A stretch of 64,000 bases of DNA from Octopus sinensis (Eukaryota): assembly GCF_006345805.1 (NCBI RefSeq), contig NC_043000.1:8804001-8868000 (forward strand), in the 5' to 3' direction. Positions 51,836 through 64,000 of this stretch are shown here, in pieces. Position 1 is the stretch's first letter. Every line of letters starts with the position of its first letter. The notes beneath the pieces are model-generated. The model was given only the letters and a program-made list of their open reading frames with translations. It had not been told where the DNA came from and did not search any database. Made by a program: the position numbers and the translations under genes.

Positions 51836-51866
<31 letters not shown>

Positions 51867-52596
51867 TACATACACACGTGTGAGACACACATATACATAC
51901 AAGTACATATACTACATACACACGCACGCACACATGCATACACATATGCATGTAGATATAGATGGATAGATAGATACAAACATTAATATTAAATATGCGC
52001 AAAAGTGTGTAGGAGAGACGGGAAAGGAAAGAAATATTGTCTGTCTAAAATTTGAATTTCCGTTCTTTAAATCGTGACATCCGTTTCAAAACATGGTGTC
52101 ATCTTTACAATAAGAAATACGAGAAGTTTATTTAATTTTTTTTTTACTGTTTTGTATTTGTTTTCCTATTTCTTTTATATTTGTTCAGCAAAAATCATGT
52201 ACTTCATTTTCTCTTTGCACCACCAGTAATAATTTTCCACGCTGAAACGGGTTGCAATAGTACAATCTTCTTTGGAGGTTTTGTAGTGAAGTGTTCTTTA
52301 AAGGAATTTAAACTCGGAATTGAAACCGTACCGGGAATGGACACTTCATGTACATTACCTCATGCATCATAGGAGCATTAAGGTCTCTCTTTTGACAGAA
52401 GACGAACAAATAGAAAACCAAATAAAATGTCTTTGCTTCCCAATCAGCATGAACAAAGTGAAAGCAATGAAGGAGTGTTTATGCGGTCGCGCTGCATACT
52501 AGAAATAGCAACCAAGTATCCAGCAAATAGCACATTACAGAGTCTTCTAAAAGAAGGGTTCATTGTATAATCTTGTCACAGATACACAATCTAGAA

Positions 52597-52920
52597 CAGT
52601 GGTTTTCAACCTATTTTCATCTATGGACCCGTCTGGTTGCAATTTTATTCTGGTGGAGCCCGTAGCCATTCAATGCTTAAAAACTAATTTTAAAGATACT
52701 TCTTTCAAAATTCCAAATTTAGTCTTCCCACATTAACATGTATAGGTTGAACCATGGAGAACGGCAGAGAATGGAACCTAGTTGTTTCTTGAAATAAATA
52801 AATCTAAAGCAGAAATTTTTCATGGAGTCTTAAAATATTAATATTTTGTTTGCGTGGACCCCCACCCCAAATCTTATGTGGACCCCTAGGAGTTTTATGG
52901 CACCCGTTTGAGAATAACTG
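52597..52920. mobile_element. hAT (Charlie/Buster-type) MITE
   Basis: Ends cagtggttttcaac and tttgagaataactg. The 8-bp TSD atctagaa/atctcgaa fits the NTCTAGAN preference. Confidence 0.8.
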
Positions 52921-53035
52921 ATCTCGAAGATAATCGCTCTTTATCACAATTTTCAGCAAGTGCGATGAGATCTGTTTCCCAGTTTAGTCTAATGCGACTG
53001 AAACTTGTACGGGGTTGCTTTTCGTAGTTGAAATA

Positions 53036-53845
53036 ATTCTTTTCTACTCTAGGTACAAGGTCCGAAATTTGGGGGGAGGTGCCAGTCGATTAGATCGACC
53101 CCAGTACGCAGCTGGTACTTAATTTATCGACCCCAAAAGAAAGAAAGGCAAAGTCGACCTCGGCGGAATTTGAACTCAGACGAAATACCTATTTCTTTAC
53201 TACCTACAAGGGGCTACACACAGAGAGGACAAACAAGGACAGGCAAACGGATTAAGTCGATTATATCGACCCCAGTGCGTAACTGGTCCTTAATTTATTG
53301 ACCCCGAAAGGATGAAAGGCAAAGTCGACCTCGGTGGAATTTGAACTCACAACGTAACGGCAGACGAAATACCTATTTCTTTATTACCCACAAGGGGCTA
53401 AACATAGAGGGGACAAGCAAGGACAGACATAGGTATTAAGTCGATTACATCGACCCCAGTGCGTAATTGGTAATTAATTTATCGACCCCGAAAGGATGAA
53501 AGGCAAAGTCGACCTCGGTGGAATTTGAACTCACAACGTAACGGCAGACGAAATACCGCTAAGCATTTCGCCCGGCGTGCTAACGTTTCTGTCAACTCGC
53601 CGCCTTGTCAGACGAAATACCCATTTCTTTACTACCCACAAGGGGCTAAACACAGAGAGGACAGACGAACGGATTAAGTCGATTATATCAACCCCAGTGC
53701 GTAACTGGTACTTATTTAATAGACCTCGAAAGGATGAAAAGCAAAGTCGACCTCGGTGGAATTTGAACTCAGAAGGTAGCGGCAGACGAAATACCGCTGA
53801 GCATTTCGCCCGGCGTGCTAACGATTCTGCCAGCACGCCATCTTC
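53036..53845 (-). mobile_element. SINE A trimer (53036-53607) plus adjacent variant monomer (53608-53845)
   Basis: gaaatacc anchors at about 53182, 53367 and 53550, then a second head. Confidence 0.88.
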
Positions 53846-54711
53846 GTTGTTGAAATAATTAAAATACAATTAGTCATTGAATTAACGCTCTTCTGTCCTA
53901 ACTATATTATTTGTAATTAATTTTTTGACTTAATGTTCTGAATTTAACACATTCATCTCTACCTAAAAAAATCGATTACTATGGACTCCGGTGTCTCTAA
54001 GTAATCAAATTCGGGGTTTTGTATTCATGAGTAGTAAAATGGTTTCTCTTAAGAATCTAATGGTGCACCGTTTGTATTTTAGGCGTTAGTTTCTTTGATC
54101 GATAAAGTAACATTTCTTGAGAAGATGTGCAATAGCTATATATATATATAATAGATAATTATTTCGAGAGTTATTTAATAAATTTTATTTCAACCATGGA
54201 ATAAACTTAAATTGTGATAAATTATTTTCAAATTTTATGAACATTTCTCTTCCTTTAATTTTTGTCTACTTAACAGAGTTATATTAATTACTTTTCTTTT
54301 CAAATTACATAATTTGTAATGAAGAAATAAACTACAACAGGAACGTTAGGCAATGATAATTTGTAAGTTTGAAGGAAATGTGGAGAGTTGCATCTACAGA
54401 ATCGATGAAATCGATTCCAGTTCACCAATGCTATTAACTTTATCAAAGCTATTGGAATGTAAACTGCAACCCCGTGAGTAATCGATTGAACGCAGAACAA
54501 AACTAAATAAATAAAATAAAGATAAAAATAACGCAAGGGGAATAAATGAAATACTGTCAACAAAAAAGTGAAAACAAAGTCAATGACCGGAAGCAGGCAA
54601 TTTGAGCTATTGCTCGTGGTTTGTTACATCGATTAGCTTATGACAATTATGTCATCTATCTAGCTAGCTAGCTGTCTCTCCTTGTTTGTTTTTCTCGCAT
54701 GTTCTTGTGTG

Positions 54712-54802
<91 letters not shown>

Positions 54803-56146
54803 ATATATATGTATATGGTGACTGCTACTCGTAGTTCTTCGCCTTATCTGGTAAAAATAATTATTCTTTTCTAACGTGAGATTTTAACTGACTTTTGAGC
54901 CCTGAAAGTCATTTGAAGAGCTGATCACAAATACAGCGAATTTGACTCCGTCAAGCTCAAACTTTTAACAGCGCCCTAAATCGTAGCTCTCCACGCTTCT
55001 CTATTTATCGCAAGTGATTCAAAACTTTTGCAGCATAATCTAAAGCATATGTATGTACACACACACACACACATGCACGTACGCTAACGTACACACACTC
55101 AGATACACACATATATAAACCTACAAACTCACAAACGCACACACACACACATATATATAAATGCACTTATATACTCATACACATACACACGCATGTACAC
55201 ACACGCACGTACGCAAACACACACACACTCACATACACACATATAAACCTACAAACTCACATGCATACACACACACGCACATACACACACACACACACAT
55301 ATATATATAAATACACTTATATACTCATAGAAACACACACGCATGTACACACACACACACGCACGTACGCAAATGCACACACATTCACATACACACATAT
55401 AAACCTACAAACTCACAAGCACACACACACACACACAAACATATATATAAATACACATACACTTATATACTCATAGAAATACACACGCACGTACACACAC
55501 GCACGCAAACACGCACACACACTCACACACACACACACACCACATATATATATATAAACCTATACACTCACAAACACACAGACACACACACACAGAGTCA
55601 CATATATGTAGAAATCTACACACAAATAATTCATAGAAAGTAATACAAAAGACAATTAAACGCCAGGCAGTTTAGTAATTATACATGTCGCTTTCCGATT
55701 ATAGCATTTAATTGTGCTTCGAACATAACTCAGATAATCCTACTATTTGGGAGTCAAGCTTTACTGAAATTTGTCAATCCCAAGATGGTAACTGTACAGC
55801 ATGAGCTACAACAAGCTTTATGCCAGAAGTCGAATCGATGCCTGATTAAAAATCAGTAAATACAGAATAACAGAACTATAGCCTTTGACTTGCCAACAAA
55901 TGTTTTCGAGCTAACACGAAATAACAATATTGATTGTGATGGTAACAAGCTAAATATTTTCGGAGCCATTTAAATGTTATACGTTCCAAATGTGATTATT
56001 TCATATATCTTTAGGTCAAATAGATTGTTATTCATCTAAGCACTGCTTGTACTAAAGCCGTGTGTAGTGCTACGGCCCGTGAAGCATATGGCTTGAATTA
56101 TTATCTTCTTACATAATCATTAGACTCACACAAAAATTATGTGTCC

Positions 56147-56179
<33 letters not shown>

Positions 56180-56357
56180 TGTATGTATGCATGCATGTTG
56201 TATGTATGTATGTATGTATGTATGCATGCATGCATGCATGCATGTATGCATGTATGTATGTATGTATGTATGTATGTATGTATGTATATATGTATGTATG
56301 TATGTATGTGGCTATGAGTATATAAGTGCATTTATATATATGTGGCTGTGTGTGTAT

Positions 56358-56760
56358 GTGGCTGTGTGGTAAGTAGCTTGCTTACCAACCACATAGTTCC
56401 GGGTTCAGTCCAACTGCGTAGTACCTTGGGCAAGTGTCTTTTACTATAGCCTTGGGCTGACCAAAGCCTTGTGAGTGGATTTGGTAGACGGAAACTGAAA
56501 GAATCCCGTCGTATATATGCATATATATATATGTATGTGTGTGTATATGTTTGTATATCTGTGTTTGTCTCCCCAACATCGCTTGACAACCGATGCTGGT
56601 GTGTTTATGTCCCCGTAACTAAGCGGTTCGGCAAAAGAGACCGATAGAATAAGTACTAGGCTTTCAAAGAATAAGTTCTGTGATCGATTTGCTAGACTAA
56701 AGGCTGTGCTCCAGCATGGCCGCAGTCAAATGACTGAAATAAGTAAAAGAGTAAAAGAGG
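56358..56760 (+). mobile_element. SINE B full length
   Basis: Same architecture as 11714-12188. Confidence 0.88.
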
Positions 56761-56777
56761 TATGTATGTATGTGTGC

Positions 56778-56865
<88 letters not shown>

Positions 56866-56866
56866 G

Positions 56867-56906
<40 letters not shown>

Positions 56907-56926
56907 TAGATGATAGATAGATAGAT

Positions 56927-57002
<76 letters not shown>

Positions 57003-57251
57003 TAGATATATATATACAGTATGTGTGTGTATGTATCTATCTATCTGTCTCTCTCTATATATATATATATGTATGTATGCATGTATGTATGTATGTATGT
57101 ATGTATGTATGTATGTATGTATGTATGTATGTATGTATGTGTGCGTGTGTGTACGTGTGTGTCTAGCTATATACACATACATATATACATACAAACGTAC
57201 ATGTAATCTCAAAATATGTGTATGTACTATGTTTATGCAGGGTATGTATAA

Positions 57252-57320
<69 letters not shown>
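56760..57320. repeat. Compound (TATC)n/(TA)n/(GATA)n/(TATG)n/(TG)n tract
   Basis: Direct reading. (TA)n tracts are widespread across the window. Confidence 0.97.
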
Positions 57321-57321
<1 letters not shown>

Positions 57322-57429
57322 TTATATATATATTCTATATACACACACATATCTTTTACCCTTTATCTTTTACTTGTTTCAGTCATTAGACTCCATCCAT
57401 ATATATGTATATATATACATATATATATA

Positions 57430-57839
57430 CAGGAGTGGCTGTGTGGTAAGTAGCTTGCTAACCAACCACATGGTTCCGGGTTCAGTCCAACTGCGTGGCA
57501 TCTTGGGCAAGTGTTTTCTGCTATAGCTCCGGGCCGACCAATGCCTTGTGAGTGGATTTTGTAGACGGAAACTGAAAGAAGCCTGTCGTATATATGTATA
57601 TATATATAAGTGTGTGTGTATATGTTTTTGTGTCTGTGTTTGTCCCCCTAGCATTGCTTGACAACCGATGCTGGTGTGTTTACGTCCCCGTCACTTAGCG
57701 GTTCGGCAAAAGAGACCGATAGAATAAGTACTGGGCTTACAAAGAATAAGTCCCGGGGTTGATTTGCTCGACTAAAGGCGGTGCTCCAGCATGGCTGCAG
57801 TCAAATGACTGAAACAAGTAAAAGAGTAAAGAGTAAAGA

Positions 57840-57840
<1 letters not shown>
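57430..57840 (+). mobile_element. SINE B full length
   Basis: Same architecture. Partial copies are at 12340-12410, 13385-13610, 41160-41797 and 46110-46340. Confidence 0.88.
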
Positions 57841-57883
<43 letters not shown>

Positions 57884-59639
57884 AACTAGCCAAGAGAAAT
57901 AACTCACGTTTACCAAATCAATAATTTATGTCGTATGATATATGATATACCAGTAATTGTCTGTGTTGTTCATATACAGGCACCAAGCTACTCAGAGTTA
58001 TTTGTCAAAGTTCATTTCCGTTTAATCTATGCAAATTACTAAATTATCTGAGCCATAAATATATTCTACTCATTTTTATATGTCCTGGCTACTAGAGATA
58101 AGTTAGAACAATTGTATTACTGATGACACCTGTTGAGGCAGAAACGTGTGTCCACGACTCTATTTTTATCTCTAGACAATAAATGTTTTCTTTTCTTTAA
58201 TGGCATAACAAATTTGGGGAAGTTTTTTTATTCTTGATATCATACCCTTTCTCATAGCTGATTTGGTAATCGTGACACAACCTCCACAGCTGGAAATTAT
58301 TTTCAAATATCATGAATTTCTGTTGAATAGTATGTAGACGCATCTGACGGGGACCCAATAAGGCTCAATAATCGATTAAGGCTGTTAGTAATTTTTCAAA
58401 TTTACAGAGAAATAATTAAATTTGCCATATTTGTGTGTTTAGCACATAGGTTTGTAAGTGCATACCCATACGCATACATACATGGACATTAGTGTGTGTG
58501 TGTGTGTGTGGAACGTGTATTGAAAATACGACTGTCTTCTAACTTTATTCATCCTTAGGGGATTTTGACATACTTTTCATGAGTTTCTTTGCAGTTTGTT
58601 TGGAACAGTAAAGCTCTCAAATTCCTCACCAACGTTCCTAACCTTCATAGACTCATCTTCTGGATGAACAGATGTTGGTGTATGCTGCTGTCTTTTTATA
58701 GAAGGCGTGGCCTATATGAGATATGTAGTCATTACCTCCTCAATTTAAATTGTGACTGTTAGGTCAATATTTCAGCAGCCATGTGTTTATTTTTGTTTGT
58801 GACTAATATGTGCCATGCGTGCAATTTTTAATCATTGTGTTATGTTGAGATTACTGTTCCCATCATTAATTGTCTATTTTTAAGGAGAATTCTGTTTAGT
58901 ACATATTTGATATCTACTACACATTTTCTTGTGTTGCGTACTAAAGAGTGTTACAAGTGGCAACATTAATTGTTCCTTAAGATGAACCTATGAAGATAAC
59001 GGTCTAGAAACATTGGTTGATGATAGATTTAGGAACTGCATTGTTAATAATATACTGCAAAGGAAGCTCACAAAAATATGAAAATTGAACCAGAAAAGTC
59101 GTTCATAAATGTGTCAGTGTGCTTGTGTGTGCTTTAAATTGTTTAAAATAAAAGCTTGGCAAGCAGTTAACGAAGCAACAGCCTAAGCAGTTCAGATATT
59201 GAATCTCGAACGTCGCCAGCCTCCCTTCGCGGCATATTGTTAGGATATTGATGAAGTAGTAGAAGGTAGAGGAGAATCACTTACAGATTGTAATAGACGA
59301 CGACTTCTACTACCTTCGTCACAAATGAGGTGAATATAATATATTTGCACAGGTAGGTGTGTGTGTCTATATATTCTTGGCTAGTAAAAAATACAATTTG
59401 TTGTCTCCAAGCATTTCGTTAACAATAGGTTTGCTAATAATTCACGTGGAAGAAAACACAATGTCTCGAAATGGGGTAATAGTTACAAATGGAATGTTCT
59501 CCGTGGAAACATAATGAACAAAACGATGAAAACTCACCATCTCTTCCCTCCCTCCAACATCTCTCTCTCTCTCTCTCCATACACACACACATACATACAT
59601 ACATACATACATACATACATACATACATACATACATACA

Positions 59640-59673
<34 letters not shown>

Positions 59674-60233
59674 CATATATGTATATATAGTATATATTCA
59701 TATTTATCTATCTATCTGTGTGTCTGCCTAACTATACCCAAGAGAAAAAAATTATGCTACTTGTAATACTTAAAAATTTGTGCTGTCCATGAAAATAGTT
59801 AACTTGATGAAATGAGAAGTACGTACGTACGTATGTATGTATGTATGTATGTATGTACGTATGTATGTATGTATGTATGTATGTATGTATGTATGTATGT
59901 ATGTACGTATGTATGTATGTATGTATGTATGTATGTATGTATGTATCTATGTACGTATGTGTATATATTTATATACATATAGATAGATACCTACATACAT
60001 ACATAGAGGGATAGATATACATATACATTTACATATACATATATATGTGTATATCTATGCGTGTGTATATACATATATATGTATATATATATATATATGT
60101 TTGTGTGTGTGTATGTGTGTATGTATGTATATATCTCTATATATTTATATATATATTATATCGTATTTTGCATACATACATATAGAGATGTACATACACA
60201 CACACACATAAGTATATGCATATATATATGATA

Positions 60234-60302
<69 letters not shown>

Positions 60303-60635
60303 TTTTGTCTATACAAATGTCTATATATGTATTACATACATGCATGCATGTATACATACCTAACTACATACATACATGCTAATTCTCGTACCCGTAAATT
60401 ACGCCGTAAGATATTAAGGTTATTCAAATTAAAATTTAATTTTTAGATTTCATCGATTGATTTCCAGAATATTTTCAAGCTTTGAACATTTCCATTTTTT
60501 TCTTTTTTGGACCTGGGCGTACTTTTCCTGTCTGTATCAATGCCTTTTTTCATCGTTATCATTATTTTCTCTGCTGACATCAATATTTCTCATATTACCG
60601 AAATGGAAGCAATTAATGCTAATATTTCTTTAAAT

Positions 60636-61676
60636 TAAGGGGGCGAGCTGGCAGAATCGTTAGCACGCCGAAAAAGTTGCTTTGCGGCATTTAGTCAGTC
60701 TTTACGTTCTGAATTCAAATTCCGCCGAGGTCGACTTTGCCTTTTATCCTTTCGGGGTCGAAAAATTAAGTACCAGTTGCGACTGGTACCCCTCCCCTAA
60801 AATTTCGGGCCTTGTGTCTAGAGTAGAAATGAATATTTCTTTACATTAAAGAGGCAAGCTGGCAGAATCTTTAGCGCACCGCAAAAAAAAAATGCTTCGT
60901 GGCTTAGTCTGTCTTCACGTTCTGAGTTAAAATTCCGCCGAAGCTGATTTTACCTTTCATACATTCGGGTTAGATAGAATAATTACCACTGGAGCACCGA
61001 AGTCTACGTAACCGGCCCTTATCCGAAAGTGCTGGCCATGTGCCAAAATTAGAAATCATTATAAGTATTAATAAGGCGGTGAGATGACAGAATTGTGAGC
61101 CTGTCGAAGACTGCTTCGCGGCATTTCGTCCGCCATTATATTCTTTCGGGGTCGACGTACCAACTGAACACCGGGGTCGATGTAATCGACTACCCCCTTC
61201 CCCCAAATTTCAGATCTTGTACTTAGAGTAGAAAGGATTATTAATAAGGCGGCTGGCTGGCAGAATTGTTAGCATGCCGGGCGAAATGCTTAGCGGCATT
61301 TCGTCTGTCTTTTCACTCTGAGTTCAAATTCCACCGAGGTCGAGTTTGTTTTTCATCCTTTCAGGGTCGATAAATTAAGTTCCAGTGAAGCACTGATGTC
61401 GATGCAATTGACTAGTCACTTTCCTCAAAATTTCAGGCCTTTAGTAGAAAGAATTAATATTATTATTATTAAGGCAGTGAACCGGCAGGATTGTTAACAA
61501 AATACTTAGCGGCTTTTCATCTATTTTTACATTCTGAGTTTAAATTCTGTCGTGGTAGACCTAGCTTTTTATCCTTTCGGGTTCGTTTAAATAAGTACCA
61601 GCTGAACACCGGGGTCGATATAATCGACTAACCGCCTACCCCGATCTTGCCGGTCTTGTGCCAAAATTTGAAAACA
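60636..61676 (+). mobile_element. Five head-to-tail SINE A copies
   Basis: Heads at about 60636, 60848, 61073, 61245 and 61470. Confidence 0.85.
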
Positions 61677-61927
61677 ATCTTTCTTTAAATTCTTTAGCAT
61701 TCATTTTTTTTTAATTATGTTATTTTGTTGGGCCTCTTTAAAAGCTTTTATTAGAATTATGTCCCTTATTCCCAAGAACTTTACATAATTGATATATGAT
61801 GCAATCGATAATCCATCTGTGTGTGTGTGTGTTTTTGTCTTCGTGTTTGTATGTTTGTATATATGTGCGTGTGCGCTTGTGTGTGTTCGAGTATGTGTGC
61901 ATAAACAGACATATACATGCATATATA

Positions 61928-61984
<57 letters not shown>

Positions 61985-62404
61985 TCCTTAAGGGATTTTG
62001 ACATATCTTTCATGAGTTTCTTACTTTGCAGTTTGTTTGGAACGGTAGAGCTCTCAAATTCATATATACACACATACACACATAAATTCAGAATTTGAGG
62101 AAGCAATATCCTCGTCAGGGATTATTAAAAACAATCCGGATACCAACTGGGTTTAGCCAAATATATCAATAGAAACTTCCTCAATATATATGTATAAACA
62201 GTGTCGTAAGATTAAAAAGTCAATAAATGAAAATGTAGAAGAGAAATTAAAAATGTGCATGGTTCACCTATTTGTATTATAATTGGAAAACTAATGCAAA
62301 TTAAGAGAATAAAGATATACCAATACGAACAAGTATAACTTGCACGTTAATTTCACGAGCAGGCTGGAACACTCGTCGTTGTAACCGTCGTTGTAAAATA
62401 CATA

Positions 62405-63151
62405 CGAGGTCTGATCAATAAGTATCTGGACTGTTGTCATAGTAACAAAACTGACGCATGCAGAGTAAAGAGGTTTGGCACAGATTGACCTTAATCACTG
62501 CTGTGTATGTGTACTGGGTTTTAACGTTCTTGCTCTCTTCTACTGTTTACACTAGTGCTTGGAAGGAACGTGCGTAGCATGTGATCGTCACATTGACCAT
62601 GTCAGAGGAAGTTGTCATGGCGAGACCCGCAACGAGCAGAACTGAAAAAACATCGCAGATATGAGGATAAATCGTCGAATTATCATACGTTATTTATCAA
62701 AGGAAATGCAGATAAGTTACGGTTCAGTTCAGTCCATTATCACTGAAGATTTGGGTATGAGACTTGTATCTGTCACGTTTGTGCCAAAACTGCTTTCAGA
62801 TGACGAAAAAGAATCTCGAGTTTCAGTTGCACAAGATCTCCTTGATTATGTCGAGAACGATGAAAAGTGTTTGAAAACTGTGTAGGCTACTGAGCAGGTA
62901 TCGCCAAGATTTTGGGAAAAATTTGATGCAGATTCTCTGCTCAACTTTCTCTATCATGGTCAATGCGACGATCACACGCTACACACGTTCATTCTAAGAC
63001 ATACTGTAAACAGCGGAAGTGAGATAGAACGTTAAAACTTAGTGCGCATGCGCAGCAGAGTCTAAGGTCAATTTGTGTCAAGCGGCTTTACACTGCGTGC
63101 TTTAGCTTCGTTACTATGACACCAGTCCGCAAACTTATTGATCAGACCACG
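62405..63151 (+). mobile_element. Non-autonomous mariner (irritans-like) with long TIRs
   Basis: TIR cgaggtctgatcaataag and cttattgatcagaccacg. ORF 62661-62885 NRRIIIR..QISYGSVQSIITEDLGMRLVSVTFVPKLL. Confidence 0.85.
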
Positions 63152-63352
63152 TGTTGATCAGACCATATATTGACCAGACCATATATAGATGAGAAAGTTG
63201 GTTTGTGAAAGCACGTGGTTGAATATACAGAAAATAGTAAAAAGTGAAAAAACTACAGAAGGCTTGTTTTAAAAGGTTAAAAAAATATATATTTGAGTCA
63301 ATATGTCTGAAGAATATTATAAATTTTTTTCTCTTACAATGACATAGTTTAG

Positions 63353-63392
63353 AAGAAATGACCGGTTTCGCTTTCAGCTTTTCAAATTTCTT
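63353..63392 (-). ncRNA. Minimal hammerhead with U3-A8 core variant (left arm)
   Basis: AAGAAAU-UUGAAAA-GC-UGAAA-GC-GAAAC-CG-GU-C-AUUUCUU. Confidence 0.65.
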
Positions 63393-63729
63393 ACATCGTT
63401 ATGTTTATGATACCTTTTAGTGAGCACATTGAGAAATGCGCAAAGCAACTAGTACCACAATTTTTAATCTTTCCATTTTACCAATGTGCTATCGGAACAC
63501 CAACACAAATTAGACTAAACAAGGAAACATTCTTCATTGAAAAATACAAGCCCAGACTTAACCATTCCAACATACTTATACAGAGAAATTCACTCCAAAG
63601 GAAAGACAAAAAAATTTTAAGCGATTATCTCCCTTACACCGGAAGAAATCACTTATTACCTCCCCTTATCTAGAACTCTTCTCAACATAAGCATAACGAT
63701 AACTCTTCTCAACATAAACATAACGATGT

Positions 63730-63769
63730 AAGAAATTTGAAAAGCTGAATGCGAAACCGGTCATTTCTT
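63730..63769 (+). ncRNA. Minimal hammerhead with U3-A8 core variant (right arm)
   Basis: aagaaat-TTGAAAA-GC-tgaat-GC-GAAAC-cg-GT-C-atttctt. It has a 7-bp stem I, G10.1-C11.1, a palindromic ACCGGU stem III and a GUC triplet. Confidence 0.65.
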
Positions 63770-63889
63770 CTAAATTATGTCATTGTAAGAGAAAAAAATT
63801 TATAATATTCTTCAGACATATTGACTCAAATATATATTTTTTAACCTTTTAAAACAAGCCTTCTGTAGTTTTTTCACTTTTTACTATTT

Positions 63890-63942
<53 letters not shown>

Positions 63943-64000
63943 GTTAAACAGGAGTCAAACATTATGGAAGGCTTTTATCTCAAATCATAAACAAAATTAC

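Larger units (their letters stand above)
63229..63892 (+). mobile_element. Penelope-like element 3' end: GIY-YIG endonuclease C-terminus plus inverted pseudo-LTR arms
   Basis: ORF 63401-63673 contains SEHIEKCAK..FLIFPFYQC..RLNKETFFIEKYKPRLN, which resembles the PLE GIY-YIG C-terminus. Arms 63229-63410 and 63713-63892 are inverted. Confidence 0.75.

Noticed and set aside
58550-58680. Repeat shared with 61983-62060 with a faint core-like pattern
   Set aside because: The dispersed repeat is real, but the motif is too degenerate and the family is unassigned.
59252-59272. Resemblance of tgaagtagtag to let-7
   Set aside because: There is a seed mismatch and the 3' half is unrelated to let-7.
63674-63727. 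27-bp tandem duplication before the right arm
   Set aside because: It is most simply a slippage or template-jump scar and has no independent significance.

Overview
This is 64 kb of AT-rich, microsatellite-saturated animal genomic DNA. The SINE families and repeat style point to a coleoid cephalopod, probably Octopus (inference). I find no convincing host protein-coding exon: the supplied ORFs are microsatellite read-throughs or transposon remnants. Recognisable content includes tRNA-derived SINEs (three families), Tc1/mariner copies (one near full-length), a hAT MITE with an 8-bp TSD, a Helitron remnant, Tx1 and R4/Dong LINE fragments, Penelope-like fold-back elements, a 2.8-kb structured tandem array, a ~70-bp 28S rRNA fragment and a 100-N gap. 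The strongest hidden signal is a set of type I hammerhead ribozyme motifs from several unrelated families. (1) A 553-555-bp self-complementary tandem unit (4.5-6.2 kb) carries one hammerhead per monomer and looks like a retrozyme or Penelope pseudo-LTR array. (2) A 488-bp near-perfect palindrome carries two hammerheads. (3) A Penelope GIY-YIG tail has hammerheads with a compensatory U3-A8 core pair in place of C3-G8. (4) A dispersed family has a CUGUUGA core variant. All folds were assigned by eye, and no folding, alignment or database search was run.
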